Assembly: GCF_963921235.1 (NCBI RefSeq)
Contig: NC_086097.1
Coordinates: 44,828,001 to 44,892,000 of the forward strand
Direction of reading: 5' to 3'
DNA: 64,000 bases
From: Mobula hypostoma
Lineage: Eukaryota
Below are positions 13,919 through 27,767 of the stretch, one piece after another (the first letter of the stretch is position 1; each line of letters starts with the position of its first letter). The translations under genes were made by a program, and so were the position numbers. The notes beneath the pieces were generated by a model, which saw only the letters and a list, made by a program, of their open reading frames with translations, was not told where the DNA came from and made no database searches.

Positions 13919-15421
13919 ATGCCTCTTAAATCTTACAGGCTGCCTACCAATGAATGAATTTTTAAATATTTTGAAGTCTTATCATCATAAGACCCAAATC
14001 TCACAGGACCAGCATGCTGTTACAGCTCACCAACCAGATATGGTGTGTGACCACTGTCCTCATTGAATTAACACAGTATGTCCACTGAGATTCACAAAAT
14101 GCTGGAGGAACTCAGCAAGTCAGGCAGCATCAATGGAGGGGAATAAATGTGTCGAGTCCCAGAAGAATCAAGAATAAGAAGGTGGTAAGGGGAATGAATT
14201 CAAGCTGGTAGGCGATTGGTGAGACCAGGTGAGGAGGAAGGAGAGAAGCTGAGAGGGGATAGGTAGTAGAGGTAAAGGGCTGAAGAAGGAATCTAATCAG
14301 TGAAAACAGTGAGGACAGAGGATCATCCTTGCTCCCCTTCTCTTGTCCTCACCTCCCTCCTTCTTTCCTCTTGTTTAATATGACTGGCAATGTGACTGTG
14401 ACCTAGCTCTCCTGGTGGATGAAACTGATGCAGGTGTGCAGTGCTCTGTGGTAGTAGGGGTCTCGGAGACTGGTTGGAGTTGTAGCTGTGTAGGATCAGC
14501 AGTCAATGATGAAATAAAAAGGCCTCTTAAATGTGTGAACAGCTGAAATCAATGCACACAACAGACTTTCACTCTGAATAGAACAATAGGGTTCTTCACT
14601 AGGATACTGGTGGTCTATTGCTTTCATTACAATGCCATGAAGGTGGTGTGGGTGTTACTCCCTGCCATTGCAGTAGCACCAGTCCTGTAAGATGTTTATC
14701 AAAGTGAACTTCCTAAGAATGAAGGAATTAGATGAACTTCTTATATTCAACTGCATTTTGAATTTTCAGGGAATTGTACTTCATGAAAATCTGTGGATTC
14801 CAAAAGGGTGTCTTAATCACTATGAGTATAATCTGTAATCACCCGATCTTTGGGGAAACCTCAACCTCATTACTGAAGGAAAATTAGAGTCAAGTGTCCT
14901 TTCCTGGAATAGAGAGTATCTATGACCTTCCTAATACTCTACTGAACAGTTAATTCCAAAATAGGATGGATCAGCTGTGGCCATTTAAAAAAATCTTGAA
15001 GCTAGTGTGACAGTGATCTTGACATTAATAGGCAGAGCAGTCTAGTCCAGAGTGTATGGCTGGAGGTCACCCAGAGAAAGCTACATCATCTGTAGTAACT
15101 GCCTTGGAAAATCCTAGCCTGTTGAGTCATTGACTTGGGCAAATGCCGACGAGCACTTAAAAAGAGCTGTATGAAAATCAACTTTGTAACAATCAAGGCC
15201 AAATATGTTTCACAATCTGAAGTGCTCAGTTAAAATTTTGGAAAGGTGCAAGTTCATCTGCAACCACTTACTACTCCAGAAGTAATCTGCTTCTATTGAT
15301 GTAATATCAAAAAGCATTGCTATGCACTTGAATTTCTAGACATATTTATCTTTTTTCTTTAAGGCTTGAACATTTTCCTTTGGCACTAACATTGTATGTG
15401 GCATTTGTCAGAAACGTAATT

Positions 15422-18400
15422 AGAACAGAGAACATAGACTATTACAGCATAGTAGAAGCCCTTCGGCCCACCATGTTATGACCTAACCCTTTCCTCCTAT
15501 GTAGCCCTCCATTCTCTGTCATATATATGCCAATCTTAAGAGCTTCTGAAATGCCCCTTGTCTATCTGCTTCTACCACTACTTCTGGCAATGTGTTCCAC
15601 GCACCCTCCATTCTCTGTGTAAAAAAACTTACCTCTGACATCCCTCTTATAGTTTCCTCCTATCATCTTAAAATTATGGCCCCTGTATTAGCTATTTCTG
15701 CCCTGGGGGAAAAAAGTCTCTTGTTATCCACTCGATTTATGCTTCATCTTTAAGTTCATTTCTGTCAAGTCACTCCTCTTCACTCTAAAGAGGAAAGCAC
15801 ACTTAACCTATCCCCATAAAATGTGCTCTTAGTCCAGGTAACATCCTGGTAAATTTCCTCTGCACCCCCTCTAAAGCTTCCACATCCTTCTTCTAATAAA
15901 GCGACCAGGACTGAATACAAAAGTCCAAGTGTGGTCTAAACAGGGTTTTATAGGGCTGCACCATTACCTCATGGGTCTTGAATTCAATCCCCTGATTAAT
16001 GAAGGCCAACACACCACAAAACTTCTTAAAAATCCTATCAACTTGCATGGCAATTTTGAGGGATCTATGGATGTGGACTCCAAGATCATTAATCCTGTAT
16101 TCTGCCCTCAAATTTGACCTTCCAAAGTGAATCACTTCACATTTTTCTGGGTTGAATTCCATCTGCCACTTCTCAGCCCAGCTCTGCATTCTATCAATGT
16201 CCCAATGCAACCTATGACAACCCTCCTTGTCATCCATATCATGGAGATGAGGGGGCATACAGGAGCGAGGTATACCAGCTAGTTGAGTGGTGTCGCAGCA
16301 ACAACCTTCCATTCAACATCAGTAAGGCCAAAGAGATGATCGTGGACTTCAGAGAGGGTAAGACAAGGGAACTCAAACCAATCCTCATTGAGGGGTCAGA
16401 AACGGAGAGAATAGGCAATTTCAAGTTCCTGGGTGTCAGTATATTTGAGGATCGAACCTGGTCCCAAAATATCGATGCAGCTATAAAGAAGGTAAGACAG
16501 CGGCTATATTTCATCAGGAGATTTAGTTTGTCACCTGAAACACACAAAAACTTTGACAGTTGTACTGTGGAGAGGATTCTGACAGGCTGCATCACTGTCT
16601 GATATGGCGTGGGGAGGGGGCTACTTCACAGGACCAAAAGAAGCTACAGAAAGTTGTAAAATTAGTCAGCTCCATCATGGGTATTTGCCTCCATAATATC
16701 CAAGACATTTTCAAGGAGCAGTATCTCAGAAAACTGGTGTCCATTATCAAGGACTCCCATCACCCAGGACATGCCCTCTTCTCATTGTTACCATCAGGAA
16801 GGAGGTACAGAAGCCTAAAGGCACACACTCAGCAATTCAGGAACAGCTTCTTCCAGATTTCTAAATGGACATTGAACCCATGAACACTAACTGTTTTTTA
16901 AAATTTTATTTCTGTTTTTGCACTACCATTCTTAATTTAACCATTTAATATACATATATACTCACTGTAATTAATTAATTTATTTTATCTATATTTATCA
17001 TATATTGTATTGTTTTGCTGCCGCATAAGTTAATAAACTTCATGGCTTATATGCTGATGTTACTAAACCTGATTCTGATCCACAACTCCACCAGCCTTTG
17101 TGTGATCTGGAAACACTAACCCACTCTTCCACTTCCTCCTCCAAGTAATTTATAAAATCACTAACAGCACCACTGGTCACTAACCTCCAGGCAAAATACT
17201 CTCCATCCACAAGCACCCACTGCATTCTGTATCCACACAGCCAAGTGTCTCTGGATCCTATGCTGTTTGACTTTCTGAATAAGCCTACCATGGGAATTCT
17301 TATCAAACACCTAATTAAAATCCATATACTGTACACCACATCCACTGCTCTACTTTCAATGCCTCAAAGAATTCAATCAGGCTCATAAGGCATTTCCTGT
17401 CCCTCATAAAGCCATGCTGACTATACCTACTGAGATTATGTTTCTCCAAATGCACATAAATCCTACTGCTACAAATCTCCAATAATCTTCCCACAACTGA
17501 AGTAAGATTCACTGGTCTAAAATTCTCAGGGTTTCACTACTCCCTTTCTTGAACAAAGGAACAGCATTTGGCACCCTATAATCAGCTGATACTTCTCCTG
17601 TGGCCAGTGAAGTTGCAAAGATTGTGCCGAACAATCTATTCCCTACCTTCCCATAGTAATTTTGGGTATATCCCATCCGGCCCCTGGGGGACCTGTCCTA
17701 TCCTAATGTAACCTATCTATCCTAATGTTTTTCAACAGTTCTAGCACATACTCTTTCTTAACGTTGACATGTTCTGGCATATCAGCCTGTTTCACCAGTC
17801 CTTCTCACTGGTGAATACTAAAATAATGGTATTCATTAAGGACTTCCTACCTTCTCCAACTTCAGGCACATGCTTCCTGATCTACCTAATCCTGATCAGT
17901 GCTGCCCTCACTCTGGCCATCATCCTGTTGTTTGGCTTACACATAGAAAACCTTGGGGTTTTCCTATTGTACTTTCTCAGGCCTTTTTATGCCCCCTTCT
18001 AGCTCTCCTAACTCCATTCTTCAGCAACTTCCTGGCTATTTTGTAACTCTCAAGAGCCCTGCCTGACTCTTGCTTCCTAAATCTTAAGTATGCTTCTTTC
18101 TTCCTCTTGACTAGTTGTTCCACGTCTCTTGTCAACCTTGGTTCCTTCACTCTTTCCCTGCCTCAATGGGACAAACCTATCCAAAACCCATGCTAGTGCC
18201 CCCTAAACCATCCTCAATTTATGCTCCCAAGTTTGCATCTAATAGCATCAAAATTTCCCCGCCCCCCCCAATTAAATACTTTCCCATACCATCTGCTCCT
18301 ATCCCTTTCCAAGGCTATCGTAAAGGTCAGGGAGTTGTAGTTACTGTCTCTGAAATACTCAACCACTGAGAGATCTGACACCGGACCAGGTTAATTTCCT

Positions 18401-18840
18401 AGCACCAGATCTAGTATAGCCTCTGCTCTAGCCAGCTTGCTACCTATTGTGTCAGGAATCCTTCCCGAACACACCTAACAAATTCTTCCCCATCTAAACC
18501 TATTGCATCTGGAGGTGCCAACCAATATTAGAGAAGTTATGTCCCTCGGAACACCAACCTTGTTATTTTTGCACCCTTCCCATATCTGTCTCCCGATCTC
18601 CCAATCGGTTTCTCACTGTTTCTGTTGCTATTGGGCAGTGTGGTATCTGTAGAAACTCACAGTAGAGTGATTGCTTCCTTCCCGTTTCTGACTTCACCCA
18701 CACTGTCTCAGTAGACAATTCCTTCATGACATCCTTCTTTTCTGCAGATGCGTTACCAAACCTGCCTAGCAATGCTACTTGCCCACCTCTATGACCTCCT
18801 TCCCAGTCCCTTTTGAAAGATCTAAATATCTAGCACTGAA
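15422..18840 (-). mobile_element. CR1 LINE split by a plus-strand Rex/Babar insertion
   Basis: WAEKWQMEFNPEKC (ORF 15893-16312) and LTSVVGRLLE...QHGF (ORF 17315-17512). The RT continues across the inserted block. Confidence 0.85.
16240..17080 (+). mobile_element. Rex/Babar-type LINE 3' part
   Basis: MIVDFREG...FKFLGV...RQRLYFIRR and IIKDSHHPGHALFSLLPSGRRYRS; tail ends taaacctgattctgat. Confidence 0.85.
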
Positions 18841-18894
18841 ACATCCAGTGACCATTCTTGCCCTTGTGACAGTCAAGTCTCTGTAATGGCCACA

Positions 18895-21050
18895 ACAATG
18901 TTCACTGAGATCTTTAACCTCTTTCATCAGCAACCTGAGGAAGATACCTGCTCCAAGCAGGCTTCAATTATACCAGTACCTAAGAAAAATGTGGTAACCT
19001 GACTAATGACTGTCATCCAGTAGCACTTACATGCACTGTGTTTTGAGAGGTTGGTGATGAAGCATATCAACTCCTGTCTGAAAAGCTACTTGGATCTGCT
19101 CCAATTTGCCTACAGTGGCAACAGGCCCACAGCAGATGCCATCTCACTATCTCTTCACTTCAACCTTGAAACATCTGGATAGCAAAGATGCATACATCAG
19201 GATCGACTGCAACTCAGCATTCAATACTACCATCCCCTCAAAACTAATTAGTAAGCTTCAATACCTTGGCATCAATACCTCCTTCTGCAATTGGATCCTC
19301 AATTTCCTCACTTGCATACCACAGTCAATTCAGATTGGCAACAACATCTTTTCCATGATCACCATTAGCACAGGTGCACCACAAGGTTGTGTGCTTAGCC
19401 TTCTGCTCTACTTGCTTTATATTGATGACTGTGTGGATAAGTACAGCTTCAGTGCCCTATTTAAATTTGCTGATAACACCACTGTTGTGGGCTGAATCAA
19501 AGTTAATGACTAATCAGCATTTAGGAAGGAGGCTGAAAATTTGGCTGAGTGGCGCCACAGCAAAAATGTCTCACCCAATGTCAGCAAAATCAAGAAGCTG
19601 ATTATTGACTATAGGAGGAGGAAATTGGAGGTCCATGAGCCAGTTCTCATCAGGGGATCAGAGGTGGAGAAGGTCAGCAACTTTAAATTCCTCAGTGTCT
19701 GCTTACTCTTTCCCAAAGATGCTGCCTGGTCTGCTGAGTTCTCCAGCATTTTGTGTGACTTCCAGCATCTGCATATTTTCTCTTGGTTGTGTCATGGTGT
19801 GGCATGCAAACACCAATATCCCCGAATGAAAAAACCTATAGAAAGTAGTGGATACAGCCCAGTCCATCACAGCTAAAGCCCTCCCCACCATTGAGCACAT
19901 TTACACGGAGTGCTGTCTCAGGAAAGCAGCATCCATCATCAAGGACCCCCACCATCCAGGTCATACTCTCTCCACGCTGCTGCCATCAGGAAAAAGGGAC
20001 AGGAGCCTCACGTCCCTCACCACGAGGTTCAGGAACAGTTATTACCCCTGAACCATCAGGCTCTTGAACCAGAGGGGATAACTTCTCTCACCTCAACACT
20101 GATTCCACAACCTATGGACTCACTTTTAAGGACTCTACAACTCATGTTCTCAATATTTATTATTATTGTATTATTTTTTCAGCTCCAGCTGGAGTACGGG
20201 CATTGCCAAGGACATTCACTTGTCAATTGTTAGGAACTCTTGGATCATTCTAGTTGTGTATAGTATTGTGGCTTTCTAGAGATTTAGATAAACGTTGCTG
20301 TGTAGTCCTAATTGTTAAGTGCTATTGTGTAGTATCTTTGGGATGAAACCAGTTGTAGATATTACTATTGGTAGAGTGTATCCCTGTTCCTGTTCCAGAG
20401 TTTTTCAATTTTCTCTTTTAATTCAGCTCATTTCTGGTGTTTTCCACTTATTGATTTCTGAATGGTATGTGTTTGGAATGGCTATGTCTATTAAGTAAGT
20501 TGTTCTAGCTTGTTTATCCTGTAATATTATATCCGGATGGTTATTATGAATTGCCCTATCTGTAATAATGGATCAGTCGTAATATAATCTGACTCTAAAA
20601 CTGGATCAGGCATGTATTTATAGTAAGGAATGATGCCTTTTATGAGTTCGTATTTTAAGGCAAGATATTGGTAATGATGTTTGTCACTCGATTGTGCCTA
20701 TGTAAGTAGTCAGATTGAATTAAACTGCTGCAGGAGCCTGTAATGTGTTGGATTGTTTCTGCTTTCTCTTGTCATCTTCTGCACTTACTGCCTTGAATTT
20801 GTTGGTCTTTTATTATGTATTTTCAATAATTTTATTATATTTTATTATCTTTTTTCTTTACTTTTTGTATTTGTACAGTTTGTCTTTTGCATGTGGGTTG
20901 TTTGCCTATCTCTGTTGTGCGTGGTTTTTAATTGATTCAATTATGTTCCTTTACATGTACTATGAATGTCAACAAGAAAATGAATCTCAGGGTCGTATAT
21001 GGTGCATATACAGTATATACTTCGATAATAAATTTACTTTGAACTTCAAA
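18895..21050 (+). mobile_element. Rex/Babar-type LINE (RT to 3' tail) with nested inserts
   Basis: [17 protein letters not shown] and FKFADNT (ORF 19106-19495); KDPHHPGH. The 3' UTR is split by the R4/Dong fragment, and a small pLTR piece sits near 19700-19785. Confidence 0.85.
20174..20830 (-). mobile_element. R4/Dong-like RLE non-LTR retrotransposon 3' fragment
   Basis: Minus translation KCRR*QEKAETIQHITGSC (CCHC knuckle), YLHRHNRV and HNNHPDIILQDKQARTTYLIDIAIPN (PD..D restriction-like endonuclease). Confidence 0.8.
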
Positions 21051-22994
21051 TACAGTAGATGGTACTGACACATGCTCTGAGTTCAACACCCTAGTTAATT
21101 ACTCAACTATAAACAACCAATTTCCTCCAAACGTTCTTGTTTCCTGGAGACTCAAATGATCAAATAAATACAATTATGGCAAGGAAACATGATTATTTCA
21201 TTCTGCTATTTGTAGTCTGGTGAATTTAACATATAGGAGCCATGCAATATCAGAAAAGATAGGTAACAGATAACATTTTGTAGGTGGAACAAATTGCTAA
21301 GAGAGGTGCCAAAAGTGACATTCAGGGTAGTGGATAAGGTCCCGGTCAAGTAGGCTGCCTGGTTCTAAATGCGATAGAGCACAAAAACTGTTTGGGGCTG
21401 TTCTCATGCAGACAGGTGATAAGACATCATACTTATGACATTTGCTTTGCATGTGGTGGAAAGGCTTTGGTTCACTAGGAAATCCATCTTTGTAGATCAT
21501 TTCGCAAACTGGTCTTGTAGCCTTAACATTTTTGTAACTCATGCAGCCCACAATGTTGATGTCAATCTGTACTAATTATTCTCCTTCTGCATTTCATTCA
21601 TATCCCTCCATTCCCTTCGTATTGAATGGAGGTGCAATGCTGCTGCTTCTTCTTCTCATCTCTTCATCTCATGTTCTCAGTATTTATTGCTTGCTTGCTT
21701 ATTCATTCTTTCCTTTTGTATTTGCACAACATGTTGTCTTTTGCACATTGATTGTTTGTCCATCCTGTTGGGTGCAGTCTTTCATTGATTCTATTGAGTT
21801 TCTTAGATTTACTGTGTATCCCGTAAAAAAACAAATCTCAGGGTTGTATATGGGGACTTATATGTACATTGATAATAAATTTACTTTGAACTCTGAACCA
21901 AATTCTGTGGTAGGAAATTCCACAGATTCATTACTGTACCTGATGAAATTTTAATTAGCTCTAACCTCTTTTGCTTTTTAGTATATTCTTCTATTCCTTC
22001 TGAAGCTAGTGCCAACTTTCTGATACCGAAGTGAAGTTTATAGAGCCACTAAAGCAGAAATGCTAAAAACAGAACACCACTTGATAGTGGGAAGCATCAC
22101 AGTTGATCTTGGTTCCATGTTTACTTCATGCAGAACAAATTCTTTACACCAGGGGCCATTGCAGCAAACTGATTTATACCTCTCCACAACCCAAGGATAT
22201 GGAGGACATACTATACTGTCCTATCTCTGTGCTGACTTTTCAACAAGGTCCAAGTCAATGCTTAATCCACTGGATGCCAGGACAAAAAAGGTTGTTTATG
22301 GTATCTGTTAGGCTTATTTGGTGAGGCTGAATGTAATATTACTCAGAGCCAACCAAAGAACACCTTTTATTCTTTAGTTACTGTTTAGAATAGAGACTCC
22401 CAACCTTTATTATGGACCAATGCCATTAAGCAAAGGGCCCGTGAACCCTAGAATGGGAACCCCTGGTTTAGAACATCTTTTATTGTTAGCTATTCTCAAA
22501 CTAAATATCAAGGTCTGGTACAATATATCAAAGACATACCATGTGATATATTTAGATCCTGATAGTGCACTTAGATGCATTATACCGATTGCCCTATTTA
22601 CATACATGAACCTATTCAATAGACTAGTTATTTATATTTACTCAGTTATAGATTTGACCAATTCCCTCAACCTTTTGCTCCAAGCTGTATTAAATAACTT
22701 GTAAGTGTCCAATACAAGGAATAGTAATTCTAGAAAATCACCTCTTTGTGTATGTATACTTGACCTGGTCTTGTTATATAACTGGATCATTGTCATCTTA
22801 TGGTATGCAGCATACAGTTCACATAAGCAACACTAAAATATATTAACTATTTAATAACTATAATAGTTAGACAGTGATTTCAAGATATTTATTGAATCAG
22901 CCATGATGAAATGGCAGAGTAAACTCAATGGACCAAATGGCCTAATTCTGCTCCTATATCTTATAGCAGTCTCTGTGTTTTTAGCACTGTAAAT

Positions 22995-23835
22995 GTTTCC
23001 AAAGTTCAAAGTTAGTTTATTAACAAAGTACATATATGTCACAATATACAACCACGAGTTTCAATTTCTTGTGTGTATACTTAATAGAATAAATGTTGAA
23101 TAAAATGTTGAAAGGCATGGACAGAGTGGATGTGGCAAAGTTGTTCCCCATGGTGGGAGAGTCTAGTACGAGAGGGCATGACTTAAGGATTGAAGGGTGC
23201 CCATTCAGAACGGAGATGTGAAGAAATTTTTTTAGTCAGAGGGTGGTGAATCTATGGAATTTGTTGCCACGGGCGGCAGTGGAGGTCAAGTCATTGGGTG
23301 TATTTAAGGCAGAGATTGATAGGTATCTGAGTAGCTAGGGCATCAAAGGCTATGGTGAGAAGGCGGGGGAGTGGGACTAAATGAGAGAATGGATCAGCTC
23401 ATGATAAAATGGCGGAGCAGACTCGATGGGCCGAATGGCCGACTTCTGCTCTTTTGTTGTATGGTCTAATAACAATCATAATAAAATTAGTGAAAGACCA
23501 CACTACCTTGGGAATTCACCAATGTGCAAAAGAAAACCAACTGTGCAAATACAAAAAGAAAGAAATAATGATAATAATAAATAAATAAGCAATAAATATC
23601 GAGGACATGAGATTTGAAAGTGAATCCATAAGTTGTGGGAACATTTCAATGATGGGGCAAGTGAAGTTGAGTGAAGTTATCCCTCTGCTTCAAGAGATAA
23701 TAACTGTTCCTGAACCTAGTGGTGTGAGATCTGAGGCTCCTGCACCTTCTTTCTGATGGCAGCAGTGAGAAGAGAGCATGACTTCAGAGTTGGGGGAGGG
23801 GTTGCCCTCTGTTGATGGATGCTGTTTTCCTGTTG
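22995..23835 (-). mobile_element. Rex/Babar 3' end (minus) with a young plus-strand CR1 3' end nested at about 23105-23470
   Basis: ttcaaagttagtttatt tail in reverse; inner CR1 tail gactcgatgggccgaatggccgacttctgctc retains CpGs. Confidence 0.75.
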
Positions 23836-26800
23836 CTTTTAGACCATTTGTGCTGAAAGGTATTGGAAAGAATATTACATAGGTGAGAAGTTACCCAAGT
23901 GGCAAAGAAACAGTATAGAGAACAGTCCATGCTTATTAGAAATGGGATAAAAAACATCAAGCTGCATAAGCAAAACATGGGTTGAACTAGAGCCCAGTCT
24001 TCTGTCTTCGATTTCTGCAATAGATGACTGGTTCGTCTGCATCATTAGTATGTCTTTTCAGCCTATAGGAATTGTACCAGTGCATTTGAAATCTTTTGTG
24101 TTTTAGAAATGGTTTGTAATTTGAAAATGTTTCAGATAGAAATAGTTTGTGAGTTTTAAATGTGTTTTAAGAATATTGTTTGGATTTAAATGTGTATCAC
24201 TGAAAATAAATGAACTGTAAACTATTTTGCTAGCTGGAAATATCTTCTTCTTGGTAGGGATGGAATTCCCACCATTTAAATAGTGGGTACTGGCAGCTAA
24301 TCTTGCCGAGGAGAATAAACAGTAAAGTGAATTAGTTTTTGAAGATTCAGTACTTAAAGTATAACCTCCCTTTAGTGAGGGTACCCATAACTACTTATTT
24401 TCGATAGGGCTTAAGGTCTTTGTTTGATTAAGAACTTTGCAGTCAGCAAACCCAATACCACCATACCAGAGGAACTGAAAAAGCCTGGAATTACAATATT
24501 CCTGGCTCTATTGAAGATTTATATGAGGCCAGCCTGAATCTTCAGATGTGGAAGATTCTTTGGAAAAATTCTGAAACCACTTCTTGAGTTACCTCATCTG
24601 CTGTGAACTTACATCAGTTAGTGTCTTGTTAGTGCACAACTTGTGAGTCTCTCAATGATTCCACACAGAACCTCAAGCCATCATTTTCTAAACAGTTAAC
24701 AATTCCATCTCCTCAGAATGCTTCCTCCACAGCCTCTAATCACATACAATAAAGTTGCACACCCAAGTAGTAATTCATTTGACAACTTTCCGATATACAG
24801 CAATACAGCTCCTTGTCACATCGATCACTTTGACACTGAGTTGCACAAATGAAAATGAAATGAATGGTTTGCAGAACACCTCCATTCAGAGCACAGAGGC
24901 ATTTCTAAGCTTCCAGTCATATTGACCTCTTGATATTTGGCCTCTTCCAATGAAGATCAATGTGCTCAAGAAAACATATTACACTCTTTTGGATTCAACA
25001 CTGTCTTTAACAGCATTTGACATTTTGCATTTCAGTAGAAACAAAGCATTCCTTTAATAATTATTCTAGTAGTCACATATTCACCACATTGATCATTTTC
25101 TCCCTTCCACAATCCATTATTTCCCTCTTTCACCTTAAATTATCAACTGTCTTTTAAAAATACCTTACATCCTTCCAAAGATCTTCCCTTTTGATCTCGT
25201 CTCCCCTCCCCCTTTTTAATGCAGCTTAAAATTTATTTATATTTAGCTTTTCTCATCTCTGATGAAAGGCTGTTGACCTAAAGTATCAATTCTGTTTTCC
25301 TCTCTACATAAGCATTGCAGAATGTTATGTTTTAAATAATTAAAGTGATCGCTGCCCCTGGTATGATAAGATGGACTCTTGACCTCAATCTACCTCTTGT
25401 GACCTTGCATCTAAACCAAAACCAAGAAAACAAAATTAATTGTCATTTCTTCTTGGTTTATGCTAGCTTTTGAAACCACTCAGAAATTGTAACAGAGTAG
25501 ACTTCATAGATGAATCTTCCATTATAAAGTTTTTTCCCTTAAGATTACAACATTCTTTACTTCATTACAACTCATTAACAGTTTTCCTCATTGTAAGTAA
25601 TTGTAGAAGTTGAAAACACTTAAAAAATTATAGAAACACAGACCGTTTCACCTCAGGCACAGCAGAAAACATGGCTGTTTTCTTTTTATACACAGCAAAC
25701 CTTTAATGAGGATATACATCTTTATACTGTCATGCAAAAGTATTCATATGACTTTGACTAATCACCAATTTATGAAAATTATTGTTAGATATAGCCTAAC
25801 AGTCTATGTGCAAAATGCACTGTCACTCTAGGTCACCAACATTAAACACAACACAGAGTAAGAATGATGGCAACATTGATAGTAGACTGTGGAACTTCTA
25901 CATTTCAAAGGGAACTTTAAAATAAATCTGTATGGGTAGCCAACATAATGTTGATAACTGTTACAGGTCAAAGCTTATTGCTGGATATTGTATTAACAAA
26001 ATGAGTTAACCTCATAAAATTGTTGGCATGCAATACCATATATATATATAACACTATGCTAAATTATACTTTTGATATATAATGGAATGGAATTCCCATT
26101 ACTTTTAATGGAATTTCCTTCATGGCACAAGTATAGAATTGTCGTTCTTCCTCACATTGCAAAGTAGAATTTGTGGCTGAAACCTGAAGAACATAGCAGT
26201 GAAATTCAAATAAGATGGATAAGTGTTAATAAGATCAACAAAGAAAATTAACCAATGCCAATTTACAGCAATGCAATTTACTAAATAGATCCATGGTTTC
26301 CTGATCAGATTAAATGTCATTTAGTATAATAAAATTGTACAACTATAATTTGAATTAACTACACAGGCAAAATAATTTCTGGAACCAAAACCAATAGCTG
26401 AGAGACAGTAATATATTCAAAAGATTAATTACTCAACAATGAAATGACAATACTGAATTTAAAAGGTTCAATTCTATTCACATAAAGAATATTCCAGAAA
26501 GGACGGTAGGATTAACTCAAACATCAATTCTCAAATAATTACAAAACCTGCTACAGGTATTATATTAGTCTTCAGGATGCCAGCAGTTAACCTTTATAAA
26601 AGAAATTAATTCTGCTGTAAAGGAAATTCAGCATTCTAGAAATGAAAATCATGACAACATGAACTCAGGAACAAATTCCATTGGGACAATGAGCAGTGTA
26701 CATAAAAACATAAACTTGCAACCAACGGGAAGTCATCTCACCCAAAGTGCACAGGCAGTCCACCGTAAGGCTTCCTCAAGTCACTTAAGTCAAGTGGATC

Positions 26801-27088
26801 TACGTTGCAGGATGATTTTTTTAATGTGTGCTGATGTTAAGTTGATATTGACAATAAACATCAAGTATATGAACCAGTTTTAACACCTAATCCTCTGGAT
26901 GAAGTACATGATTAGAAATATTGCAGTATCAAATCAGTGAACTGTCGGACGTATACTGGAATAGTAAGATCAGGTATTTCCCAGTTGTCACTTTCCATGT
27001 AGTTTATGCAGCAATTAATACTGAACATTCAAAATTAATATATCAGAGCAACAGAAACTATTTAAAGTGCAAATCCTGTGTCAGTTAC

Positions 27089-27100
27089 CTACAAAATATT
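27089..27100 (-). CDS. EVL: Candidate 12-nt EVL microexon (E/K-Y-F-V), symmetric phase 1
   Basis: gtacttttctgcag|AATATTTTGTAG|gtaact. Frame-preserving, in a repeat-poor island downstream of the EVH1 exon. Confidence 0.55.
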   Translation of the reverse strand, partial: NIL

Positions 27101-27767
27101 CTGCAGAAAAGTACACGACTACAGTGGCAAGACCAGGAACAGAAGCAGTGACAGATGTACTCCCTGCTGAGCATGATGTGATCAGGTAGGGCTTGTCTGC
27201 TATACACCTGACATAATACATAGTATCTAATACTCCACCAAATGTCAAAGATAAGCCATCAATGTAACTGATACACTGCCAGAACAGAAACTCTAAGTGT
27301 ATTGTCAATAATTCAGTAGAAGCTATATAAAAAAAATCCAATATTCTAAATGGCTTACCTTAATCATGAAACAACAAGCTTTCTAATGGGGAATGCAATT
27401 ACGGACTGTCAGCTACAGACAAAAATTGCCTGAGCTTATTACATTATTTCACTTAACAGTCAGTTAAAAAATCCAAATATTATCAAGTGACATTGCTTCA
27501 AATTCAGAGATCATGAACAAACCATGTATATTTATAATATTAAAAATAAATCAGTTAGGAAACACTTCAAGTCTTTGTTATTAAACAAGAGTAACACCAT
27601 AATGAACAAAGTTAAAACTATTCTAGCAGATTACAGCTTGAATGTGCATCCCCCCTTCTTATTCTGGCTTCTTCACCTTTTACTCCAGTCCCGATGAATG
27701 GTCTCGTCCCGAAATGTCGACTGGAAATTTCCATAGATACTGCCTGACCTGCTGAAATTCTCCAGCA

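Noticed and set aside
14353..14485. Exon-like open stretch YNSNQSPRPLL...EERRRE|gtgagg (minus)
   Set aside because: Open only in phase 2, incompatible with the phase-1 EVL intron; no EVL similarity; adjacent to Penelope remnants.
21297..21551. 84-aa ORF resembling a unique protein
   Set aside because: DNA resembles an old LINE RT C-terminal remnant read in another frame.
26103..26183. Acceptor ttcttcag/tttcag with possible 21-nt or longer exon
   Set aside because: Several alternative weak donors; no single supported structure.
26742..26799. 58-nt exon candidate DPLDLSDLRKPYGGLPVHF (gtgaga donor), near INV-like size
   Set aside because: Not a multiple of 3, weak acceptor, no similarity to the INV peptide; cannot be supported without RNA data.
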